The notes under the pieces were generated by a model. The model saw nothing but the letters and a program-made list of their open reading frames with translations. It was not told the DNA's origin and ran no database searches. This document shows positions 46,976 to 57,522 of a stretch of 64,000 nucleotides of DNA, in pieces. The translations under genes and the position numbers were made by a program. Position 1 is the stretch's first letter. Each line of letters starts with the position of its first letter. This stretch comes from Thermoplasmatota archaeon (GTDB taxonomy: Archaea > Thermoplasmatota > JAKEGO01), in contig JANQNK010000006.1 of assembly GCA_028279595.1 (NCBI GenBank), positions 96,001 to 160,000 on the forward strand, given 5' to 3'.

Positions 46976-48123
46976 ATCTTACCCGCTCCTTTGCATCTCG
47001 GACACATCTGTTCGTTCAGTTTTCCGCGTTTGCCCCTCACCATCACGCGTCCCTTGCCCGAGCAAACCGGACAATCCTTCTTCCCCTTCTTCGAGCGCTT
47101 TCCACCCTTCTTCTTGACGGGCTTCCTGGGGGAACTATCCACCTTTGGAGGTCCCGGAGGTTGTACGTCGGGTTCCTCGGGCTCTTCTTCCTCGGCACCC
47201 TCGAGTATCCCCTTGACGTTGACCTCGTTGTGACACCATGGACAGATGGCCTTTTGAACCTTCCTGTCCACGATGAACGTACCGTGGCAGTAGGGGCACT
47301 CCACCTCGGTATCGCTCCTCGTCCTGCGTTCTGGATTGAGAGTGAACTCCACGGTCCTGGACGCATACGGCGGTATGTTCACATACGCCTCCGACGGCAC
47401 CGGAATGAACCCTTCCGGGGAGAATGGTTCTATGTGCAACGTCTCGAGGGACCGTTCCGACTCGTTCCTTATCTTGATCCGATAGACCAGGCCCTCACCC
47501 TTCTCGGTCAGGACCGTCGATATCGAGGCGTCCCTGCCCGGGACGAACTCCTCGGCGGTGTACGCATCGGTGTTCATCGGATTGAGCTCGAATATCCTCG
47601 CCTCTTCGCCGAAGGGCTTGAGGCTGATGACCTCGCTCTGCGGGGTCGGGACGAATATCGAGTTGGATGTGTCCGGAATGATGTTGATCCGGTTCAGGGG
47701 CTGCCCGAGGTTGTTTCGAACGAGGACCTTGTAGAGGATCCTGTTCTCGACCCGGGCGAAGACCGTCTTGATAGTGAGCTCGCGTCCGGGCTTCGGCTTG
47801 ACCATGGTCGCTGCCACGGCGCGTTCCGCCAGGGAGATGCACTCCTCGAACTGGTTCTCCTTGAGGGCGCGCTTGGCCTTCGTCAACAGGTCCTTCGCGC
47901 TGTTGACATCGATGCGTGCGTCCTGTGCCTTCAGGATCGAGCGTTCGGCGAATTCGACGGCACCCTTGGCGCTGTGCGCCATGCTCAGCTGTTCACGGAC
48001 CATGTTCTCGGCCTTCTCGGAGAGTCCCCGTGCCCTTTTCGGCTTTTCCTGGTCAAGGGCCAGTCTCGCCTTAGCGAGGACCTCCTCAGCCTCCGAGGTG
48101 TCGATATCGATCCTTTCGTCCAT
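46972..48123 (-). CDS. Helical + two beta-sandwich domains + zinc ribbon + C-terminal DnaJ-type zinc hairpin
   Basis: Duplicated Y[KR]...RN.....L..[IL].I.P...F.P.P...F.LNP units; CPYC..CPWC; CPVCSGKG-x15-CPRCKGAG-KI*. Confidence 0.78.
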   Translation of the reverse strand: MDERIDIDTSEAEEVLAKARLALDQEKPKRARGLSEKAENMVREQLSMAHSAKGAVEFAERSILKAQDARIDVNSAKDLLTKAKRALKENQFEECISLAERAVAATMVKPKPGRELTIKTVFARVENRILYKVLVRNNLGQPLNRINIIPDTSNSIFVPTPQSEVISLKPFGEEARIFELNPMNTDAYTAEEFVPGRDASISTVLTEKGEGLVYRIKIRNESERSLETLHIEPFSPEGFIPVPSEAYVNIPPYASRTVEFTLNPERRTRSDTEVECPYCHGTFIVDRKVQKAICPWCHNEVNVKGILEGAEEEEPEEPDVQPPGPPKVDSSPRKPVKKKGGKRSKKGKKDCPVCSGKGRVMVRGKRGKLNEQMCPRCKGAGKI

Positions 48124-48124
48124 G

Positions 48125-51100
48125 TTACTCCTCCCCCTCTTTTACCGATTCTATGAACGCCTTGGCATGCATGTAGGCGCCCTTTGCCGTCTCCAGCATG
48201 GAGACGATGATGTATACGGCTATAAGACCGAGTATGAGTGCGATGAGCGGATAGATGAAGGTCGGGAACGGCAGCAGGTCAGGAGTGAGGAAAAGGCCTT
48301 CGAGCATGGTGCCGATCGATCTCCCCGAGGATAGGCTCAGGAAGAATATGCCGAACATCAGGCCGCATATGGCGAGCGTGCTGATGTATGACTTCGTTCT
48401 GATCCCGGTGATGATGGTGTAGAGCGGGACTATCATCACGAGCATTATGTACGCGAGCGGAAGGGCAGCCGCGTCGATCGCCGCGCTCTCGACCGGCAGG
48501 AGGACGAACAAGGAGATCGCCGTCGTCACGACCAGACCCTTGATGAGGTGCTCGTTCCGCCGCTGTTTGAGGCTCACGCGCTTCGCGTTCGCCCTTAGCA
48601 TCGCGAAACCACCGAGAAGTATGATCGGCAGTGCGATGAGGACGATCGGGTTGGGGCGTTTGCTGACCTTTATCTCCGTAGAAACGACGTTGTTCCTCCG
48701 CCGTCCCGGGTCACTCCCCTCATAGCCTTCGCTGGCCGCCTTGATCGTCAACGTGTGTCGCTCCGAACGGTTGAACCAGTCGAGCTCCGGGATCTCGATC
48801 TCGATTGCGAGGGTCCTCTCCCCCTCCATGGGAAGGTCGATCTGGACCTCGTGGATGAGGTCTCCGTCCCAGTAGACCTCGATCGGCAGGTTCGAGAGGG
48901 TGTCGATGACCGGGTCCCCCGTCTCCCTGCCGGTGGACCTAACGGTGAACGTTACGGTGAGCTCGTCCCCCTCCTGTGCGATGTCATCGATGTCCACGTC
49001 CGAGATGGATATGTCTGGCGAGAGCGTGATTATCAGGAAGTTGAGCTCCTCGGGCGTCGGCAGTGCGTCGACCCAGACGTTCACGGTGAAGTCGAGTTCG
49101 GAGAAATGGGGTATCGAGGGTGCGGAATGTATCGTCGCATAGATGATCCGGTCCTGACCGGGAGCCAGCAGGAAACTGGAGTTGTCGAGCTCGATCTCCC
49201 AACCGGAATAGAAGGTCGTGGAGTTGAGCGTGAACGTCCGCTGTACGGGGAACTCGTTCCTGATGAGGATGCCGTAGTCGATCTCGGAATCCGGGAATAT
49301 GTAGACGAACGGAGGTCCGTAGGGCATGACGAACGAGGTCTCGACCTCGATGCGTACGTCGTCGTATCCCGGACCCTCGACCACCGAACCGGACACGTCT
49401 ACGTAGTTGATCGGGTCGTTGAGGGAGTTGGACGGCGGCCTGATCGTAACGTAGACCGTAGTGCTCTCGTCGAAATCGAGGGTGACCGATGGTCTGTCGA
49501 GCCACACGGTCCAATCGCCGGTCTGAGAGACGTCGAGTGTGACGTTCTCTCGGCCGTTGCCGGTGTTTATTACGTAGACAGGGACGATCAGAGGTTCGTT
49601 GGGTATTACCTTCCACACGTCGCTCCCGCCCCAGATGTCCAGGTCCCGTGTCTGGAGGTCGACACCCGTGACGAGGTCGACGATGACCTTCCCCCATTCG
49701 GAGTCGGACACCTTGCTGTCGTGCTTCGATGTGAGGTTCAGGATGATGGTATCGCTGCTGTCCGCGATGAGTCCGTACGGGATGTACACCCTGATCTGGA
49801 GTATTCGGGTCTCTCCGGGATCGACGAGGTCCAGGGCCTCGGGATTGATCATGTCGGTCTCCCAATCTGAGGTCGACACGATGTCCTCGTTGTAATTGTC
49901 TATCCCGTTCCCAGTATTGTTGAATGTGAAGTTGAGGACAGTCTCCCCTCCAGGGGGCCCCCTCGCCGTCATCACAGGGCGTATCTCGACCCCTCCGACC
50001 TGGGTCAGCGATATCGTGCATGTGGAAAAGTCGCTCTTGGTCGGGTCCGCAGTGGAGTTGACCTCGACGACGATGATGTAGACCTCGTCCTCGAGCGCGT
50101 CCTCCGGTATCTGTACCCTCAGGGTGATCGTCGTTGTCAGACCTGCTAGCACCGAACCGGTGATATCCCCCGGTAACAGGGAGATCGAAAGGCTCTGATT
50201 GTTCACTGTCCTCAGGCCGAAGGAGTCCTCGCCATTGCCCGTGTTGGTCACGATGAGCTCCATATCGACAGTGTCGCCCGGTTCCGCGGTGGTAGCGTTC
50301 TCCTCGGGTTCGATGGTAACGGAATAGCCCTGAAGGACGTTTATGTACGAGAAGGCGCTATCGCTCGTGGTCCCATCACCACAGGTGGCGGTGAGGACAA
50401 GGGTCTCGTTCGTTCCGACGGGAGTTCCTGGATTGATGGTGACGTTCACGATGATATCCACATTCTCGTCGTATTCGAGGTTCACCAGCGGCTGTGAATC
50501 GACGACGAAGGTCAGATTGGTCGATCCGTCGATCGAGAACGAGTCCATGTCGTTCCCCTGGTTGCGGATGTTGAACGTGAACTGGACAGCTTCCATCGGT
50601 TCCCCGGACTGGATAACTGGATCGATCGCGGTGACCTCGACACCGTAGACCTGGGGGATCATCGCCACGAGGTCGACCACCCGGTACTTCGAGCTGTCGG
50701 CGTCGGACTCGGCCCGGACAGTGATGTGGGCCCGCCTGTTGTCCGGCCTGTCCCTCGATTCCATCGTAATCGTTATTATCTCAGATTCGCCATTATCAAG
50801 TGTAATGCCGTCCGGAGGTGCTCCATTCTCAACATTTACCAGCCAGTTTGGGGGCGCTGTTGAGTTGGTAATGTAGAACGTGTCAGTACTCTCGTAGTTC
50901 GCCACGTTGGTCACGTTGACGAGGAATACCGCGGTCTCTCCTATCCCGATCTCGACGGGAGATTCGCTGATGAGCCTGATGTCGACGTCATTGGATTCGG
51001 AGACGTCGATGGAGGCCTGGGATGACGCGTCGACGTAGATGTCATAGTCGGATGTCACCTGGATACGCAGCGTTGCGGTGGTGTCGGCGGCTATGACGTT

Positions 51101-51736
51101 GTTCCACTCGGATCGCGGCACGATGACGTCCACGCTGACGGAGATGGAGTCACCCATGTCGAGGTCCTCTATCTTGTCGTCGAACGTGACGTTCCAGACC
51201 CTGTACTGGGTGTCGATGCAAAGGGCCTCGACTGTGAAGTTGTCCATGGCATTCCCGGTGTTCCACACGGTGAAGTTGATGGTGATGGTCTCGCCGGGAT
51301 CGCCGAAGAACGTGCCTGGAGTGTTGATAGCTACTCCGGCCACGGGAAAGACCCTGGTCGTGGCCTGGGCCGTGTCGGTGGCGCTCGACGCCTGGGATAT
51401 AGCCTGGAGGGTGACGTAGTCGACGGTGTTGGCCTGTGTCCCTGCCGGGATGGAGACGATGACCTCGATATCTTCCTCGATCTGGCCGGATGATAGTGTG
51501 ATGTTCGATGGCTGGACCACAGTCCAACCCCGGGAGGAGTTCGCCACGAGATCGTAGGAATCGGTTTGGCTACCAGTGTTCTCCACATCGAAGTGATGGG
51601 TGATGTTCGCGCCTGGAAATCCCCATCCGCCACCTCCATCCGGTCCCCGTACATCGACGTCGTACTGCGCCGCCCCGGGACCGCAGAGGAACAGTGCGAA
51701 GAAAACGACGCACAAGAACAACCAATGCAGCCTCAT
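48125..51736 (-). CDS. Surface protein with ~8 NEW3/COG1470-like Ig repeats, a CARDB-like domain and a 5-TM C-terminal membrane domain
   Basis: Signal peptide; repeated V.NTGN..D.F.L...W; five hydrophobic segments in the last ~170 aa. Confidence 0.82.
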   Translation of the reverse strand: MRLHWLFLCVVFFALFLCGPGAAQYDVDVRGPDGGGGWGFPGANITHHFDVENTGSQTDSYDLVANSSRGWTVVQPSNITLSSGQIEEDIEVIVSIPAGTQANTVDYVTLQAISQASSATDTAQATTRVFPVAGVAINTPGTFFGDPGETITINFTVWNTGNAMDNFTVEALCIDTQYRVWNVTFDDKIEDLDMGDSISVSVDVIVPRSEWNNVIAADTTATLRIQVTSDYDIYVDASSQASIDVSESNDVDIRLISESPVEIGIGETAVFLVNVTNVANYESTDTFYITNSTAPPNWLVNVENGAPPDGITLDNGESEIITITMESRDRPDNRRAHITVRAESDADSSKYRVVDLVAMIPQVYGVEVTAIDPVIQSGEPMEAVQFTFNIRNQGNDMDSFSIDGSTNLTFVVDSQPLVNLEYDENVDIIVNVTINPGTPVGTNETLVLTATCGDGTTSDSAFSYINVLQGYSVTIEPEENATTAEPGDTVDMELIVTNTGNGEDSFGLRTVNNQSLSISLLPGDITGSVLAGLTTTITLRVQIPEDALEDEVYIIVVEVNSTADPTKSDFSTCTISLTQVGGVEIRPVMTARGPPGGETVLNFTFNNTGNGIDNYNEDIVSTSDWETDMINPEALDLVDPGETRILQIRVYIPYGLIADSSDTIILNLTSKHDSKVSDSEWGKVIVDLVTGVDLQTRDLDIWGGSDVWKVIPNEPLIVPVYVINTGNGRENVTLDVSQTGDWTVWLDRPSVTLDFDESTTVYVTIRPPSNSLNDPINYVDVSGSVVEGPGYDDVRIEVETSFVMPYGPPFVYIFPDSEIDYGILIRNEFPVQRTFTLNSTTFYSGWEIELDNSSFLLAPGQDRIIYATIHSAPSIPHFSELDFTVNVWVDALPTPEELNFLIITLSPDISISDVDIDDIAQEGDELTVTFTVRSTGRETGDPVIDTLSNLPIEVYWDGDLIHEVQIDLPMEGERTLAIEIEIPELDWFNRSERHTLTIKAASEGYEGSDPGRRRNNVVSTEIKVSKRPNPIVLIALPIILLGGFAMLRANAKRVSLKQRRNEHLIKGLVVTTAISLFVLLPVESAAIDAAALPLAYIMLVMIVPLYTIITGIRTKSYISTLAICGLMFGIFFLSLSSGRSIGTMLEGLFLTPDLLPFPTFIYPLIALILGLIAVYIIVSMLETAKGAYMHAKAFIESVKEGEE

Positions 51737-51935
51737 ACCTTCACCTTTTCGCGATACGCCTGGACTCCAAGTTATTCAATTCTGTCTATATATAGTTTGT
51801 TTGGTGGTATTTTCCGCGTTCCGTGACAAATCGAGAATCACCAGCGTCCGGTGGTTTCCGTGGTTTATTGGTCACGTTCGTATCCCAATCACTATCTTTT
51901 TATCCGGCCGGGGCCTTCTGCGGAACGGTGATCCA

Positions 51936-53585
51936 ATGCACGAGATAAGGGCACCCAGGGGAACGGAGCTGACATGTAGGGGATGGGCCCAGGAAGCGGC
52001 TATGAGGATGCTGATGAACAACCTCGACCCGGAGGTGGCCAGGGACCCCGAGAACCTGATCGTCTACGGGGGCATCGGAAAGGCCGCCAGGAACTGGAAG
52101 GCGTTCGAGGACATAGTGTCTACCCTGAGGACGCTGGAGGACGATGAGACCCTTCTCGTACAGAGCGGCAAACCCGTTGCCGTGTTCAGGACCAACACCT
52201 GGTCGCCGCGCGTTCTTATAGTGAATTCCATGCTCGTACCTAAATGGGCGACCTGGGAGCACTTCAACGAACTGGATTCAAAAGGACTGATGATGTACGG
52301 CCAGATGACCGCTGGCTCCTGGATATACATCGGGACACAGGGGATCCTCCAAGGGACCTACGAGACACTAGGTTCGCTGGCGACCGAGCACTTCGGAGGT
52401 TCGCTAAAGGGAAGGATAACACTAACTGCAGGCCTCGGCGAGATGGGCGGGGCTCAGCCTCTGGCCGTGACCATGAACGAGGGTGTCTGCATAGCTGTCG
52501 ATGTTGACAGGAGGATGATCGACAGGCGTTTGGACACTGCATACATGGACACCTGGACCGCCGATCCCGGGGAGGCTCTCGACCTTGCAAGGGACGCCGC
52601 TTCCGAAGGGAAGGCGTTGTCCATAGGCGTGTTCGGGAACGCGGCCGAGGTACTCCCGGCCTACGTGGACCAGGGATTCGTACCGGACGTGGTGACCGAC
52701 CAGACGTCGGCGCACGATCCACTCAACGGTTACGTTCCGGTTGGATATTCCGTCGATGATGCGGACGTCCTCCGGAAGGACGATCCAGACGGCTATCTGG
52801 AGCTATCGACTTCTAGCATCGCCGACCACGTCCGTGCGATGCTTGCATTCAAGGAGAAGGGTTCGATAACCTTCGATTACGGCAACAACATCAGACAGGT
52901 CGCATTTGACAAGGGTGTCGAGGATGCATTCTCGTATCCCGGTTTCGTTCCAGCCTACATCAGGCCTCTCTTCTGCCTCGGCAAGGGACCCTTCAGATGG
53001 GTTGCGCTCTCCGGTGACCCCGAGGACATCAAGGTAACCGACGAGGCCATACTTGAGCTGTTTCCGGAGGACGTCGGACTCGAGCGGTGGATCAAGAAGG
53101 CATCCGAGAAGGTCCACTTTCAGGGTCTGCCATCGAGGATCTGCTGGCTAGGATACGGTGAAAGACATCGGGCCGGCCTTGAGTTCAACAAACTTGTGAG
53201 GGAGGGGATAGTCTCGGCGCCGATCGTGATCGGACGCGACCACCTGGATTGTGGATCCGTCGCTTCCCCGAACAGGGAGACCGAGGCGATGAGGGACGGA
53301 TCGGATGCAGTGGCTGACTGGCCGATCCTGAACGGACTGCTCAGCACGGCCGGCGGTGCGACCTGGGTGAGCGTCCACCATGGCGGCGGCGTCGGCATGG
53401 GATATTCCATCCATGCCGGTCTGGTGATCATTGCTGACGGCACAGATCTATCTCGTGAAAAGCTCGAGAGGGTGCTAACGAACGATCCGGGGATGGGCGT
53501 CGTCAGGCACGCTGACGCCGGCTACGAGGCCGCCCTCGACTGCGCCCGCGAGACCGGGGTGGTCCTGCCTTCCGAGGACCTCTAA
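51936..53585 (+). CDS. hutU: Urocanate hydratase
   Basis: [66 protein letters not shown]. Confidence 0.97.
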   Translation: MHEIRAPRGTELTCRGWAQEAAMRMLMNNLDPEVARDPENLIVYGGIGKAARNWKAFEDIVSTLRTLEDDETLLVQSGKPVAVFRTNTWSPRVLIVNSMLVPKWATWEHFNELDSKGLMMYGQMTAGSWIYIGTQGILQGTYETLGSLATEHFGGSLKGRITLTAGLGEMGGAQPLAVTMNEGVCIAVDVDRRMIDRRLDTAYMDTWTADPGEALDLARDAASEGKALSIGVFGNAAEVLPAYVDQGFVPDVVTDQTSAHDPLNGYVPVGYSVDDADVLRKDDPDGYLELSTSSIADHVRAMLAFKEKGSITFDYGNNIRQVAFDKGVEDAFSYPGFVPAYIRPLFCLGKGPFRWVALSGDPEDIKVTDEAILELFPEDVGLERWIKKASEKVHFQGLPSRICWLGYGERHRAGLEFNKLVREGIVSAPIVIGRDHLDCGSVASPNRETEAMRDGSDAVADWPILNGLLSTAGGATWVSVHHGGGVGMGYSIHAGLVIIADGTDLSREKLERVLTNDPGMGVVRHADAGYEAALDCARETGVVLPSEDL

Positions 53586-54678
53586 GCTCGTCGCGCATCG
53601 TTCGCTGTCTCACTACCATATATACGCCAAGGGCGGCGTAGGCCATTATCGCCGCTGCCATTATGTTGGCGGAATATCCGAAGTACTGGGCGATGACGCC
53701 GCCGATTAGTGGGCCGATCATGCCCGATAGACTGATCGTCGAGTTGAGCAATCCGGTAGCCGTGGCCATCTCGTCGTTCCGTTCGTTCAGCTCCTTTAGG
53801 ACACCGATGTAGAGGAACGACCAGGACGCCCCGAGGATGAGCATGCCCGGGATCAGTCCCCACCACGAATTGAATATGATGAAGAACAGGAAGGCGGTCC
53901 CAGCGGCGAACAGACCCGTCTTGACCATGGGGTGCGGTTCCTTGAGCCTGTCCACGTAGTTCATGAAGATCATCTGGGCGACGAAGTTCGGCACCCACAT
54001 GTATGCGATCATGTCACGTGAGAGACCGAGGGACTGCTGGTAGAGTGGGAAGATCACCCATGCGATGGACGCTCCGGTGTGCCTGAACAGCATCGCCGCG
54101 TAGAGGTGGGAGTTCTTCTTGATCATGGCCACAGGGATCCTCGGGACCTTGAAGGTCCTCTCCGGGGCCTTCGGCAGTGAGAGGGCGACGAAGAAGGAGA
54201 CCATGTACACGGCCGAGGCCGCGAGGAAGATGGTGCCCGTGGCGGTGTCCAGGGTCATGATCGTCCCCGAGATGACGAAACCGATGGTGAATCCCAGGGC
54301 GCCGAAGGAGGAGAACCTTCCAAGGGCCGCCTCCCTCTCGGCGACGTATGCGACGAGAGCGGAGTGGAACATTCCCACTGTGAACCCGCAGATGAACCTG
54401 TACATGAGCAGTTCCTCTGGGGAGTTCGCGAGACTTAGAAGTGCGAAGGACCCGGAGGAGAAGAGGAGACCGAAGATGACGATCTTCCTCCTGCCGTACA
54501 TGTCGGCGGCCCGGCCGAAGATCATCGATGAGAGGAATACGGCCAAGGCATACGATGCGACGATCACACCGAGGAACATCGCGCTCGAACCGAGGTCGTC
54601 GGCATAGAGGGGAATGAACAGCCAGGTCATGGAACCGGCAGCCGCGGACAATAGCTTGATGAGTGCCGGCTTCCTCAT
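53503..54678 (-). CDS. MFS transporter
   Basis: Motif [12 protein letters not shown], ~12 TM; 3' end overlaps hutU. Confidence 0.88.
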   Translation of the reverse strand: MRKPALIKLLSAAAGSMTWLFIPLYADDLGSSAMFLGVIVASYALAVFLSSMIFGRAADMYGRRKIVIFGLLFSSGSFALLSLANSPEELLMYRFICGFTVGMFHSALVAYVAEREAALGRFSSFGALGFTIGFVISGTIMTLDTATGTIFLAASAVYMVSFFVALSLPKAPERTFKVPRIPVAMIKKNSHLYAAMLFRHTGASIAWVIFPLYQQSLGLSRDMIAYMWVPNFVAQMIFMNYVDRLKEPHPMVKTGLFAAGTAFLFFIIFNSWWGLIPGMLILGASWSFLYIGVLKELNERNDEMATATGLLNSTISLSGMIGPLIGGVIAQYFGYSANIMAAAIMAYAALGVYMVVRQRTMRDELRGPRKAGPPRSRGRSRGRPRSRRQRA

Positions 54679-54794
54679 TCGATATACCTCTGATGGATCC
54701 CTTCAGACATTCTCGTTCTTACCGGTACATCCCTCATGGCTCAGTCCCTTGAGTGGGACATCCATGTATGGCTAATAAACGTTTAGGAGGGAAA

Positions 54795-55907
54795 CTAGTC
54801 GATCTTCTCTACCCACGGATCACCGTGATAGTACTCGATGTTCATCTCGATCCGATACAGGTTGCCAGGATCGAGAATGACCGCATCCGTGATGAGACCT
54901 ATGGTTATGTTGTAGTTGCTGCTCCACTTCATGTTGGTCATGTTCTTGTCGGCCGCGAAATCTTGAGCGTCAGCAATTGATGGTGCCCAGAAGTTGAGTG
55001 TCGGATAGGCCCTGTCCCACATGAATGAGAGTGTCCCCTCCTGACCGGTGACGGTATGATCTATCTGGTCGAACGGATTGTCCACTCCGAGCGTGAACTG
55101 GTCAGGCTGGGAGAGAAGGATCTCATCGTCAGTCCAACTGAGATTTACCCATACCTGGGTCACGTTGGTATTAAGAACGATATTGTTGTACTCGTCGGTG
55201 CCGTTGTCCTCGAGGTATATCTCCGTGTTCTCGATCTCCTCGTAACCGGTGTTGTTCCAGGTCGCCTTGAACCGCTGCATGGTCACGACGACGTTCTGTG
55301 ATACCGTGGTCGTGGCCTCGTCCGTGTCCTCCACGGTCAGGTTGACCTTGTAGGTCCCATTGGCGAGGAACGTATGTGTCACATCCGGTCCGGTCGCTGT
55401 ACTCCCGTCGCCGAACTCCCACTCGGTCGATGCCGGAAGGATCGCACCATCGTTGTCGTACGAGCTCGATGAATCGAAGAATAGTTGCTCGCCGACCCAC
55501 GCCTCGTTGGTCGGGACGCCGCCCCCGTCCTTTATCGACATGTTCGCCACTGGAGGCTCGTTGATCTTGATTGTCCCGGTGGTCGCTGTGCCTACCGCAC
55601 CGTCGTCATCCCAGACGACGAGGGTTATCGTGATCTCACCGGGTTCTGTATAGACATGTGTGTCGAACCCAGTGTCAAGGACGCCGCTGTTGTCGCCGTC
55701 GCCGTACCAGAACATGTACTGGACGATCTTGCCGTCGGAATCCTCGGAATCCGTTCCCTCGATGGTAACGGTGTCACCGAGATTGAAGGTTGACTGTCCC
55801 ACGTATATCTTCGCCGTAGGGTTCTTGTTCTTCTCCTCCGAATCCTCCTCCAGACACCCTGCGGAAAGGACCAGCATCACAACGATGAGAGCGATGTGCA
55901 CCTTCAT
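54795..55907 (-). CDS. PKD-domain lipoprotein
   Basis: LSAGC lipobox; two PKD units (S.D.DG.I..Y.W..GDG, WEFGDGS..TG..VTHTF...GTY.V.LTV.D). Confidence 0.85.
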   Translation of the reverse strand: MKVHIALIVVMLVLSAGCLEEDSEEKNKNPTAKIYVGQSTFNLGDTVTIEGTDSEDSDGKIVQYMFWYGDGDNSGVLDTGFDTHVYTEPGEITITLVVWDDDGAVGTATTGTIKINEPPVANMSIKDGGGVPTNEAWVGEQLFFDSSSSYDNDGAILPASTEWEFGDGSTATGPDVTHTFLANGTYKVNLTVEDTDEATTTVSQNVVVTMQRFKATWNNTGYEEIENTEIYLEDNGTDEYNNIVLNTNVTQVWVNLSWTDDEILLSQPDQFTLGVDNPFDQIDHTVTGQEGTLSFMWDRAYPTLNFWAPSIADAQDFAADKNMTNMKWSSNYNITIGLITDAVILDPGNLYRIEMNIEYYHGDPWVEKID

Positions 55908-56025
55908 GACTCCAACCTCACTGCGAACATTCATCAATTCCTTATAAATAGTTTGCTTGAAGCACGTTACCGTTCCAGTACCGGTGGCTTGGGTCGAGTT
56001 CAGGATGGTTCGCCCTGTTCCAGTC

Positions 56026-57522
56026 TCATTCGTAACCCGGCGGATTGACGTTCTCGTTCCAGTAGTGGTGTGGATGGGTCAGCTTCTGGGCCTCGGTAAG
56101 GTCGGAGGCCATTCCCTCCTTGAAGGAACCATACCTTACGCGTATCTGCTCCTCGGCCGGTACGCTGATCGTCTTCGCCTTCTCCACGTGGGAGCCGTCG
56201 ATGGTCTCCGATCCCTCGGCGACCGCTATGTCTCCAGCGCAGCGGACCAGTCCTCCGAGGTCCCGGAGTCTGAGCGTGATCGCCTTGGGGGCGTTGTCTA
56301 TCCGCCTCGCCCTTGTGATCGACTCCACGATGATACCGTCGATGGCGGTCCTATCCGCGTGGGGGATCCTTCCGTCCTGGTGGACCTCCTGGGCAATGAA
56401 CTGCGCGATGGAACTCCGGTTCGACGGGTTGTCCTCCATCGTTGTATCGAGCACCACCTCGTATCCCGAGCCCAGTATCCTCGACCTCAATGGGGAAAGG
56501 ATCGCTGGAAGGTCGTTCACGTTGCATGCGGCGACGAGTATGAAATCGCAGGGGACGTCCTCGACCCTCACCGAGGCTCCCGAGCTCTGCGGGTTCCTTC
56601 CGGATATCGGGAAGTTCCTGTCCTGCATCGCCGTCAATATGTACCTCTGCAGTCCGCCGAGATGTGGCACCTCGTCGATGAAGAGGACGCCTTCGTGGGC
56701 CTCGTGGATCGCGCCAGCTACGACCCTGTCGTATGCCGGTGTCCCGATGTTAGGATGACCGCCGTATGGATCGTGCCTGACGTCTCCGAGCAGCTCGGTC
56801 TCGCTCGCACCTGTGGCCATGATGAAGGTCCGCCTTTCTATGGGCATCAATACCTTTCGAGGTCGTGCCATGTCCTGTTCGCGCCTCTCGCTGAGGGCCT
56901 TCTCGTCGAGGACCATGACCATGTCGCCGGCGAGTTCGTAGACAACGACCTCCTCGGTGCCGTCAGCCTTTGTCCTGGTGGTACGCACTTGCCCGGCCTT
57001 GCCGGCCATCTGCCCTATGGAGATCTCCAGGAAGCCCACGAGGTCCTGGAAAGGATTGTCCGACTTGGGCTGCCTCGCCTTCGGTGCTCCGCAGTTGTTG
57101 CAGATCATCTCGGAGGCGTCGGAGTACGATTCGCATCTGGAACAGAATATCCCGAGCTTCTCGGCCGCGTGGAGGGGTACCTCCTGGGGCTTGACGAGCT
57201 TGCCGGTACCAGCGGCAAGGCGTTCCTCCCGCTGTGCGACCTCCTCCCGGGTGAGCGTCTCGATGAAGGGTCTTTCTGGATTCGCCGGATTGTGTACGAC
57301 CTGGACCTCGTGGTCCGGGTGCGGAAGGTCGAAGGAGATGGCCTGTGCTATCATCGATTTACCGATGCCAGGCGGTCCGACGAGGAGAAGGTGCCGCCTC
57401 TGGTGTGCGGCCCTCCGGGCCAGCTTGACGGCGTGGTCCTGACCGATGACCCTCGATAGGGGGTCCCGCGGGATCTCTATCTCCGAGGTGTTCTCCCACT
57501 CGAGGGTATCGGATCCTTCCAT
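56026..57522 (-). CDS. LonB-like AAA+ ATPase lacking the protease domain, with a Zn-ribbon insert
   Basis: T.EI.IP.DPL..VIGQD.A, GPPGIGKS, LLGDVRHDPY, GAIHEAHEGVLFIDE, VPCDF, LRSRI, LRLR.LGGL; ends ~50 aa after the AAA lid. Confidence 0.85.
   Translation of the reverse strand: MEGSDTLEWENTSEIEIPRDPLSRVIGQDHAVKLARRAAHQRRHLLLVGPPGIGKSMIAQAISFDLPHPDHEVQVVHNPANPERPFIETLTREEVAQREERLAAGTGKLVKPQEVPLHAAEKLGIFCSRCESYSDASEMICNNCGAPKARQPKSDNPFQDLVGFLEISIGQMAGKAGQVRTTRTKADGTEEVVVYELAGDMVMVLDEKALSERREQDMARPRKVLMPIERRTFIMATGASETELLGDVRHDPYGGHPNIGTPAYDRVVAGAIHEAHEGVLFIDEVPHLGGLQRYILTAMQDRNFPISGRNPQSSGASVRVEDVPCDFILVAACNVNDLPAILSPLRSRILGSGYEVVLDTTMEDNPSNRSSIAQFIAQEVHQDGRIPHADRTAIDGIIVESITRARRIDNAPKAITLRLRDLGGLVRCAGDIAVAEGSETIDGSHVEKAKTISVPAEEQIRVRYGSFKEGMASDLTEAQKLTHPHHYWNENVNPPGYE

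Noticed and set aside
43895-48123. Calling the zinc-hairpin proteins DnaJ or SMC
   Set aside because: No J-domain/HPD, only two CxxCxGxG units; no Walker motifs or hinge.
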